Shown piece after piece: positions 53,052-64,000 of a stretch of DNA of 64,000 nt. Source of the stretch: Blastocystis sp. Blastoise (Eukaryota > Protista > Bigyra: Opalinata); assembly GCA_039096225.1 (NCBI GenBank), contig JBBPEB010000007.1, positions 1,363,928 through 1,427,927 on the forward strand. Reading direction: 5' to 3'. How positions within the stretch are numbered: position 1 is the stretch's first letter; each line of letters begins with the position of its first letter. Below the pieces are notes generated by a model. It was not told the DNA's origin. It searched no databases and saw nothing but the letters and a program-made list of their open reading frames with translations. The translations under genes were made by a program, and so were the position numbers.

Positions 53052-55280
53052 ATTGTATCTCCTTCTTCTATGCGATCCTCACAACAAAAAGATAAACCAA
53101 ATCGAGCTTCTCTTTCTCATGGGAATAACACATTATTTAGGCGATTATTTATGAATCGAAAAAGTCTTTCTGTGCTTTCAACTCTGAAATCTCATTCACC
53201 TATTCCACTTCGTTCAATGTCTCCTTCTATATTTCCTTTTCCTTTTATTAATAATACAAATATTTCTCCTATTACAACTACACATAGATCTTCATCTACT
53301 ATTCCTTCTTCTTCATCTCATTCATTTACAGATTCTTCTAATTATTCAACACAACCTTCATCATCTTCAACAATACCTATATCAAATGATTATACTAAAT
53401 CATATTCTTCTATTCGAGAAAATAGTATATATTCTGATACATATATATATACATCTCAAAAGACATGTTCTCTCTTTCTAACATATTTAACTACATAAAA
53501 TGAAGAAGATACATCAAGTTCTATAAGTAGTAATATTTCTATGAATACTAATAATAATTCAAATAAATAATAATAATTCAAATAAAGTTATATTAACTAA
53601 TAAAATAGCTATAAACCATTATAATGATTCATAAAATGAGTATATAAATAAGAATACATTAAGTCCTATGATTCTTCAAGATAAAGAATTATTTAAAAAG
53701 AAGAATAGTATGAATAGAATACCTCAAAATAATCGATTTCATTCAAATAGTATATCTACAGTATATGATAATAATATACCATTAACAGAAATAACAGAAT
53801 CTTCGAAAACAAAACATTCATCATTACGTCTTCTTAGTAATTCTTTCTTCTTCTTCTTCTATTCATAATTTACCTTCTACTATATAAGATAGTTTATCTA
53901 CATATATATACATAATCAGTTTGAAATTACTCATTATACTACTCCTATTCCTCTTTTCTTCATTCTTCTAAATATATTTTATATAATATAGATATATATT
54001 CATCTACTCCTTCTATAGATAGATATACATTATTCAAATAATGATAATAATGAAGATAATAATATCTCAGATAATAATAATAATAATAATGAAGATAATA
54101 ATCCTAATATTCAATCAAATGATATATTAGATCCTACAGAACATTCTTTTAATATATATATACCATTATCTATATCAACAGAAGATCAGAATTATACTAT
54201 TAATAATTCTACAAAGAATAATAGTAATATCTCATATAATGAGAAGAATCAATCCTTAATTCACATAAAAGAAGAACATGAGATTATGAAAACTGACACT
54301 AATAATATGATTTATAATACTAATAGTATTAGGAATAATAATAATACTAATGAAAATTATATCGCATACACTAATAATATTGTATTTATTTTTACTATTA
54401 ATAATATGTCTTCTCCAAATAATACTGTTATTACTACTAACAATAATATTTTAATAATAATTATATAATTGCAAATAATAATAATATAAATAATAATTCT
54501 ATGATTGCTATTAATAATAATATTTATATTCCTAATGCTACTACTATTACTATTTCTACTCCTCTTTATCATATACATATTACTGTTAATAGTAGTCTTC
54601 CTCCTACATCATATACTATCCATTCTTTATCTAATCTACATAATATACTCTTTCTCTATGACTTCAGAATCTCTTTCTTCTTATCATAATAATAGTTCTG
54701 ATATGAATCATTTAACTAACTCTAATAGTATGCCTGTTCCTACATTCTCATCTAAATCAATTACAACTATACAACGACTGATCATCCTATTACTTCTATT
54801 ACAACAGCAACTACTATTATTACTACTTCTTCTACTATATATTCTTATTATAAGAATAAACGAAGTCATACTATTTGTTTATCTCCAATTCAATCATTAC
54901 CGAATTCTCCATCACTATTATTAGTTACTACTACTATTATTACTATATTTTTGAATTCAAGGCTAACAATCAAAACTAATTTTTATAATAATAATAATAT
55001 GAATATAAATAATAATGAGGGTGTTACTTATCCTATTTCTCCTTCATTTCTTTCTTCTACATGTGTTTTTATTTGTTGAAGAGCTACTAAATATTCTTCA
55101 TTATCCTATTATATTATGTTTCATTCAGAAATAGGGAATCAATATAATAATAATAATAATAATAATATTTAAATAGATATTAATAAAGACATTAGTAATA
55201 TTAATGATATTATTGATGTTAATATTAATAATAATAATTCAAATAATAATAAAAATATAAAGAATGATGAAAATGATTAA
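51390..55280 (+). pseudogene. Decayed gene with long Ser/Asn-rich low-complexity exon
   Basis: ORFs 52977-53498, 53668-53868, 54286-54468 and neighbours form one coding-like tract broken by single-base frameshifts and in-frame TAA codons; exon-like relics upstream. Confidence 0.6.
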
Positions 55281-55499
55281 GATTTATTATTCATACTATA
55301 ATGAATTTTATAAAAAACAATATTAATGATATTATTATACAAATAGAATCATTCTTATTTGATTAATATGATATTTAGTTATATAATAAAATAAAAATAT
55401 ATATTTGAATTAATTGATGATAATATTTGAATAGAATAATTATCAAATATAGTTATTGAATAATATTAAATAATGTAAATTTCTATAATACTAATATAT

Positions 55500-58400
55500 T
55501 AGATAGATAAAATTGATGATAAACATATGATGATATATGAAATAGAAGTGGATTGTAAACTGTTATAATATATATAATAAAATTTCATTCAAATTTTTTT
55601 ATTAGATCCAGTTTTGGGTACCAAAATAACCGAAAAAAAAATAAAATCGATCTAATATATTCCCAAAATGGGTATGTAATTCAACTAGATCCAAAAATAT
55701 ATTTTGTTTTTCTAAAAAGAAAAAAAATATAAAAAATAAGTGAAATTTTTCTATTATTTTTCTTTTGAAATAAAGATTAATTTAAAAAAAATATATTCTG
55801 AATGAATAATTAATATTATTATTTAAGTTTTTTACTAATTATTAAAGAAAGTGTTTGCCACCTGTATAGTTGTAATAATGTATTTTTATTTGATACTCGA
55901 AAACTTAGTTATAATTATATTTTTATTTATTTATATTTATAGTTTATTGGCAATACCTGACGTTATTAGACTATGATCTAGTTGTGATGAAACAGGAAGA
56001 AATATGTTCGACAAAGTATTGTAAATGTTGATAATTATTATTATTTATATATAGGTTAATCATAATTGGAGTGATTCAGAACAATCTCACAAGGTATACA
56101 AACAGTTCTAAATCAAAATAAATTAAAAAAAAAATCAAAAAAAATGAGAAAATGGGAGATCATTTCTTTTTGTATATATTTATTGTTTTATATTATTTAT
56201 TTATTTTAGTTTAGAATATCGAAATTAATACTTTGATGTCATTCTGGTGTCTTGAATGTTCTAAATTATAAAACAAACAAAATCTTCAAAAATTCTTATA
56301 GGTAAATATTTATATACATATATATTTTTATTTTATTTTGTTTTTTTATTTAATTCATATGTTTATTATATTAATTTAATTATACTAGATATAAATATAT
56401 TGAAAATAGTTGTTTTACATTATATCTACTGTTAATTTGGTAATTCAATATTTTATTATATATGTATAAAATTTATTTATTATTTCAATACTTTTTTTAT
56501 ATATATTTTTTGTTATTGTATTTTTAATCTTATTTATTTCCTATATAGGAAATTTTCATTAGAAAATAATGTTTAAAACAATTTTAATTAAATATTATGG
56601 TATATTGAAATATTTTTATTATTATTAAGAAGAATTTATATACATATATATATATATTGTTTTTATTTAATATATATGAATAGATTTATATTTATTTATA
56701 TTTAGGTTCAGATCGTATTATTATATATATAAAGAATAACAGAGAAATATAAAAGAGAGATTAGTAGTCTTGTAACTTGAATTATTATAGTATATATATA
56801 TTTAGTTATTTATATTATTTGCTATTTATTTATTTATATTATTTGTTATTTATTTATTTGCATTATTTGTTATTCATTTATATTCTGCAGTCATATAAAA
56901 AGACTAGTAAACAAGAATACCTATTATGTGACTCACTCTATAGATTACTAGAGGTATCTATGAGAAAATAGTTTATATATATATATATATTAGTAATTTT
57001 TATTTATCTTATATTTTTTATTTATTTGTTATTAATTTATTTATTATTAATTTATTTATATTATTAGTAATGTTATTATAGTTAGTATCTATATATTCTC
57101 CATATATAATTGTTATTATTCTATATAAATCGTTATATATATATAAATGCTACTAATACTATATTCTAGATCCATTTTCATTTCGTTCACTCCTCCTCTT
57201 CACCATCTTCGTATAGTTATATATATTTTTTATGTCTCTCCAGAATATGTAGTGTTTTCAACATATATATGTATATGTATATTATATTATTATAATTATT
57301 TATTGCTATTATTTTTATTGTTTTTATAATTTTTTTAACTGATATCATTTATATATATAGGAATAGAATATAATTCTATATCTTCTTATATTTTTCAATT
57401 TACTCAAGAATGAATACTTTAACATATTTATTATATATAAACTTAAACCATTCAGATCTCTATGGGAATTAAGTCTACTGACCTTTTATGTCTCATGAAA
57501 AATAATACATTGTGTTGGTTTACTATTAATACTTTTTCTGTATAACTACAGAAGGATTAGAAAAACAATGACAAGTTTATAATTATAAGTATATAAACAT
57601 ATTATGATTATAATTATTGATATAATTATCTCTTACTTCAATCTATTTTATTATTACTCTTTTTTCTATTCGTTGTGTATCTATTTATATATATATACGT
57701 ATTGATTTCTATTCTAGACATCTCCCTCTCTTCCTCTCTAATAAACTCTTTATATTCCTGTTATTCACCTTGTCATGTTGATTCTATATTAGTTTCATTG
57801 CACAAGATTCATCTGTGTTCCAGAACATACTTAAAACTGTAGAATCTTTCAGTGATAATAAACAATATTTTTTTATAAATATATATTATTGAAAGAAGTT
57901 AAGATCATATTGAAAAAGTATATTTATATATATATTTATAATTATAATATTATATATATATATAGCATAGAACAGTAATTAATTAATTACCTTTTTTCTT
58001 ATACCCACGAAAATATCTGTGTTTCTTTTTGTTCTACAGATATATTATATATCCGATGATTTTATACAATAGAAATATCTTTATGGATATACTAATGTTA
58101 TTAATTATAAATTGTATATATATATATATATAGTTCCTATTAGTTAATAAATTTGTATTCTCTAAAATTATCGACTTGCTTATTTACTGTTTCTAAAGAA
58201 TTCTTTCTTTCTAAGGTGACTCCTATGAATATAACATTATGAAATACTATTATTAATTATATTCTAGATAACTTCTATATTATTAAGTATATATATTTAT
58301 TGTTTTTATTCAGTATTATTTATCTATTATATATATAGATCTGATTCTTCTATAATGAAGATATTGACTACTATAAAATGGTTTCCTAATAATTTTAATA

Positions 58401-59900
58401 AATTATATATACCTAATAGAATTATATAATCTTATGGATATCTCTATGAAAACATTATTATCTGAACTATATCATCCTTTTCGATATATTAATGTTATAT
58501 TATCAATATATATTTGATTTATTAGGAATTAATTAAATTATACATAGAATAGTTATTTAAGAATATGTTATAATGTAGATGATAAATTTAAGAAGATAAA
58601 AAAAAATAATAATAAAGAAAATATTGATTGATATATACAACTATATAATTTATTATTATGTTATTTAAATAAAGAATAAAATAGGTTTTTAATTTCTTCA
58701 AATTCAAAAGGTTTCCTTTCATTTTTCTATGGGAATGAAGGAAAAAAAGATTATCTATATCTGTGTGCTGAATAATTCTTAAAAAAACTTAAAGAAGTAT
58801 ATATAAGTTATTATTGTTATTTTTTTATGTTTATTATATTATATATATATTCTAGAATCCATTTATTTACATGTATTTTACTCCTCCTTCTCCTTCTTCT
58901 ATATCACAATCAAAATCTACTATAACTACATTATTCTATGATTTAAATGAAAATATTTATATGAATAACTGTTGGTTAGCTTCTTCAAATTATTCTATTA
59001 TTACTAAAAAAACAAGTATATATATATATATATATATTGTATTATATATAATTATTTTCTGATCTTATTCAATCATTATAATTAGCAACTCAATTTTCTT
59101 AAGAAATATTATTAAAATAATTAATATGTATTAATTTACTGTATAAAAAAAGAATTACTCTTAAGATTTATTGAAATCAATTAAAAATATATGTGTAACT
59201 ATATATGAACAATTATTTACTATTAAGAATGAATCTACTAAACCTACTCTTCTTCCTCTAGAACTAATTTCAGATATATAAATATTGGGTCCATTCATCT
59301 TTCTAAGGTGAATAAATTTATTATTATAACTAAACAATAAATACTGAATTCTATTAAAGAACTATTAAATAATATAAAATGAATTAAAACTAATATAAAA
59401 TTTAGAAGAATATATTCTGGTTTCCTATCTCCTTTAGAAACTAATTATTTATTTATATATAAAATTTTTATTGTTATATACATATATTGAACAATTAAAA
59501 GTATTGAAAAGTTGAAATAATATTGGAAATAAGATTATAGACAAGTATATATATATTTATATTATTATTAGAATTATTATATATATATATATTATATTGT
59601 TATTGATGTATATATTTAGATATTAATACATACAAAGATAAATAGAATGATACTATTTCTTCCTTTGATCTTTTGGTTATTCACTTTGTATGTTGTTAAC
59701 TTTAGTTCTTTCGAATTCGAAGAGTATTATTTTGAATGTTTTTGTTTAATTATATTTTCTATTATATATTATTATTATATATATTATATCTATAAACTTA
59801 TTTTTTTTATAGTCTAAGTATTTTATTTAATTATTCACTGAATTATACTATAATAGATAAGAATGAATTTAATGATAAAAATAAATAATAATGATATAAT
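55500..59900 (+). pseudogene. Decayed multi-exon gene relic
   Basis: Regular alternation of exon-like islands and GT...TAG AT-rich introns (e.g. 55943-56015, 56055-56093), but with stops and frameshifts in most exons. Confidence 0.55.
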
Positions 59901-60653
59901 CAATAGGAGTAATAAACATATATTTCTAAAAAAAATAGTCTATGCTATATATATTCTTTAATAAGTTCTTTTATATCTTTACAACATATATATAATTACT
60001 ATTCCATGTTATTACTCTTTTTTATTATTTACTAAATAATATATATATATTCGTTTATACTATTATTTTTATTTCTTCTTGTAATTAACATTATAAGAAT
60101 ATAAATTAGTTTATTATTAACGTTTCTACCTAAATAACTAATAGTTTTCTATATATATAGTTTTGTTTATAATAATAATATTTTTTTACACTTTTATTTC
60201 TATTAATATTCTTTAAATTGATTTATTTAAAACTTAGTTCTTTACACATTTATTTCTATGAGTATGTAAAAATAAGAAGAGTTATATTTTTATAAATAAA
60301 AAATATTTTTAAAGAATTAGTAAATCAGTTTGTGAAAGTATATCAGATTAAATATTTTCTTATTTTAAATGATATAATTATTGTAATGAAATACTATATA
60401 ATCGTTATAGTATCTCGATTAAATACAATATAGTTTTTATTTCATTTATTATTGGTTGCTATTCTTTCAATAACCTAATATCACTTGTCATAACATAAAT
60501 ATAAATATCATAATTATTATATTATGAATGTACAGTGATATTTGAACTATGCTGACTTTTTTAGTATTCAATCATTCAAGAGAAAAAAAAGGAGAAATCA
60601 TCATAGGATAGAATTTTCAGAGTTTTCGTATATATAAAAAATTTATACATATT

Positions 60654-60665
60654 TTAGGGTTAGGG
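60654..60665 (+). repeat. Interstitial telomere-like (TTAGGG)2
   Basis: TTAGGGTTAGGG then GTTGG, same polarity as the terminal array; a second TTAGGGTTAG lies at 61469-61478. Confidence 0.6.
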
Positions 60666-60790
60666 GTTGGATTATTATTTGACATAAAAGTTTTTCAAAT
60701 AAATTATTTTATTATTGATTTTTTACGATTGTTTTTTTTTTGATTTCTAATGGTATTTATGGTTATTTATAAACATATTTTATTATATAG

Positions 60791-61240
60791 TTATCATTTA
60801 TGACTCAAATAAATAAGAGATGAATACAATTTTTTCTCTTGGATTAAGATATGTTCTTATTTTACTATTTATCTACTCTCTACAGTTATAACTTTGTTTT
60901 TGGTGCTCTACTGATCAGAAATGACTTACTTTGAAATGTATGCTTTAAATATTTTCATATAATAGTTATAATTGGCTTTTTTAGCTGGTGGTCCTTGAAG
61001 TGTAATCGTTGATTGATGTGTGCGTTTAATATATATTATTTATAATTATTTTTTTATTCCTTTTTATTTTAAACTGTATATAGTCTTTCAAAATAATCAT
61101 ATAATTGAAGATAAGATGATGTTTGATGTGTTTATATAAGGTGTATAATTTATTATTATTAAATTATCAATATTTTTATAATTACATTTCTATAGTCTTT
61201 AAAAATGGTCAAAAAACGACACTCTGCATGAATACTAAAC
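60791..61240 (+). pseudogene. Short decayed gene relic
   Basis: Three to four exon-like islands with GTATGC/GTGCGT/GTGTAT donors and TAG acceptors, interrupted by stops. Confidence 0.4.
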
Positions 61241-63901
61241 ATATAATAAAAAATCTATGTTAGTTTATTAATTATTTATGTATTCTTTTTTATTAGTTTA
61301 TTATTTTTCTGTTTATAATACTATTCAATGAAAATGAGTTTCTTTGGGATTAAAAAGGAGATTAATTAAATATGAAATAGCTTATTAAACCCTTTTATAT
61401 ATCATTAATACCCATATTATGTTAATTAAATAATATATATGTTTTATTTCTCGTGAATTTTTATTTGCTTAGGGTTAGAACCAAATAAATTTCTGAAATT
61501 GCTTCTTAAAAAAATATTGGGTCTGATAGTGGTGTCATATACGTTATTTGGTGTTGACTCTAGAGTCAGAATGTGATTTTTTATTTCTATTTAGTGTTTT
61601 TCTAGAGGATGATAGTAATCAGGCTAAGGGTTATTTAAAAAAAGAAAACAAAAAAATATCTATCAGTGAAAATGTTCTATATGTCAAAGAATCTATATAA
61701 AGTAAAATAATTAAAAAATTATTATTAATGTTGTATAGTGATCACTTATAAGGAAATAAAAACAAACTAATTTTTCTTTTAAATTATGAATAGTAAATAA
61801 ATAATTCTATGAAATATTTAGAATTGTAAAAGAAGTTAAATAAAAATTATTATGAGATTTTAATTTGCTATTTTTTAGATATAAATAAAATTAATATATA
61901 AAAAAAAATAAAATCTTTAAAAGAAAATAATTTTGTAATTCTAGTTTTGGAATAGATTTTAGTGTCATAAATTCATTTTTAATTATGTGTTATATATACA
62001 TATAAGTTTTATATATATTATTAATGATAATCCATAAATTAGTAATATTAAAGAATTATTTATCATATATAGATAATCAAAACCATTCTTTTAAAATTTT
62101 TATTATATAAATAAATATTAATAAAAAATATAATATTTATTTTTATAGATATATATTATTATAATTTTTATTATGTATAGTTTTAAAATAGATTATTATT
62201 AATTAGAAATACATATATATATAAGATATTAAAAGAAATTATTCTTAGAGTGATAAGTTTTTTTTTTTTAATAAAATATTATAACTAATTCTTAAAATAT
62301 ATAAAACATTGTAGTGTAATATCTTTAAATAAAAATTTATATTAAATGATAATACATAGAAAATACATATGTGTTGACATAGAATTATAATAGATTCATA
62401 AATTATATTTTAATTTATTTTCTTATTATAAAATATATATAAATTGTTTTATAAAATATTTATTATATATTTTAATGTCAATGAATTATTTTTATTAAAT
62501 GAATTTATATTTATATTTATAAATATAATTATTTAATTAATATAATATTTATTATAATGTTAATGATTTTAATGATATTGAAGCATTAATAAATAAAAGA
62601 TAAGAATTATGTATTAAATTATTTATTTATATAATGAATTAAATATTTTTAAAATAATATTTACATTCATTTATTAATAAATTATTTTTTTTTATTTTAT
62701 TTATTCATTTGATATTCTATTAATAATATGGAATTCAAAATATATTTGATAATAAATTATTCTTTGAATAAGGTATTTGATTTTTATAAAGATTAATCGA
62801 TTTTTTATTATTTTAATGTAGTTTAATTATTTAATTATTTATTTTATTTATAAAAATGGATTGAATTATGAATAAGTTATATTAATATAAAAGAATTCAT
62901 TTAAATGTGATAATAGAAATTTTTTAAATATAAATTATATTTATATATATATATTGAATAAATATATTAATAAAATATAAATGAAATAGTTTTTGAATAT
63001 ATAATAAAAATATATTTTTATTAAAAAATGATTATTTCCAAATTAATTTATGATAATATTTTATATTATAATAGTTATTTTACATTTAATATGATGAATT
63101 GTATTTAATACTAATTATTATTTTATAATAAATAATATAATAAATAATACTATTAAATTAATATAGAAATATTACAAACAAATATATTTATTAATTAATA
63201 AAAAAAATTTTAATTAATAAATATATACGTAATTTTAAAATGAAAATGACTATTGATTTATGAATGATATTTAAATTAAAAAATTAAAATAATGAAAATG
63301 ATTTAAAAATATAATTTTTATTATATATTAATATAAAATTCTATTTAAATAATTGAATAATAATAAATTAAAATAATATTTTATATGAATTAATCAATTG
63401 ATGAAAAAATATTGAATAGAAATTGTTTAGTATTAGAAATATTCTTATAAATAATATTACTTTTTATTTATACATATATATAAAAATGAATGAAGATAAT
63501 CATATATATATATGAATTCATTATATATGTAAATATATCTATTTGAATAATAGAAAAGATGTTATTCAAATTTATAGCTTGTTATATATATATAAAATTA
63601 TTTATAATATATACTAAGAAATTATATTAGTTTTTAAAATATATAAATAAATTAGAAAAAAGAATGAAAATGATATATTTATATATTTATTTCTTATTGT
63701 ATGGAAATATATTATTTATAATGAATAATTCAATTAGTAGTGAATGTTTTATAGAATATTTATGATATTCATTAGAATTATGTTAATTAATGTTGATAAG
63801 ATAGAATAATAATGAATATAAGTATATATATACATATAATTACAAATAATTATAAAAAATTAATTTTTTTGTAATAAATACTATTTTTTTAGAATTGATA
63901 T

Positions 63902-63969
63902 GGTTAGGGTTAGGGTTAGGGTTAGGGTTAGGGTTAGGGTTAGGGTTAGGGTTAGGGTTAGGGTTAGGG

Positions 63970-64000
<31 letters not shown>
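63902..64000 (+). repeat. Telomere (TTAGGG)n
   Basis: 14 perfect TTAGGG (63904-63987), one TTTAGGG (63988-63994) and one TTAGGG to the window end; G-rich strand runs 5'->3' towards the end. Confidence 0.98.

Noticed and set aside
52977-55280. Alternative genetic code with TAA read as Gln
   Set aside because: The same tract has frameshifts, and intact genes use TAA as stop and CAA for Gln.
55943-56300. Mon2/Sec7 N-terminal-like resemblance of the relic (DVIRL...KLIIIGVIQ)
   Set aside because: Too short and disrupted to support a name without a search.
63988-63994. TTTAGGG variant as evidence of a mixed telomere repeat
   Set aside because: A single unit at the contig edge, most simply a homopolymer error.

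Overview
Right-hand end of a chromosome from an extremely AT-rich, intron-dense microbial eukaryote, finishing in a (TTAGGG)n telomere at 63902-64000. The gene families present (large discoidin/Ig-repeat surface protein, fucosyltransferase paralogues, BTB-TLDc proteins, minor-spliceosome introns) are most consistent with a Blastocystis-like gut stramenopile; this is an inference, not a database match. Most short ORFs in the track are low-complexity intron or antisense noise, so genes were rebuilt by hand across splice sites. 1-36.3 kb is gene-dense: 3' part of a UBR-type E3 ligase, two fucosyltransferase-like paralogues, an Mtc2/MoxR-like degenerate AAA+ protein, DPP3, tRNA-Trp, GAR1, a PAC3/PSMG3-like gene missed by the ORF track, an unknown membrane protein, a BTB-coiled-coil-TLDc protein, a GT-A-like glycosyltransferase and a ~2,090 aa surface protein. 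36.3-63.9 kb is a subtelomere with only two apparently intact genes (both BTB-type) among decayed gene relics. Most notable: two AT-AC U12-type introns (8141-8238, 17953-18045), two DPP3 introns with no AG acceptor whose 3' ends copy the upstream exon end (real or a polishing artefact), and an unexplained ~180 nt self-complementary GC-enriched element (9891-10069). I see no solid evidence for a wholly new multi-gene system.
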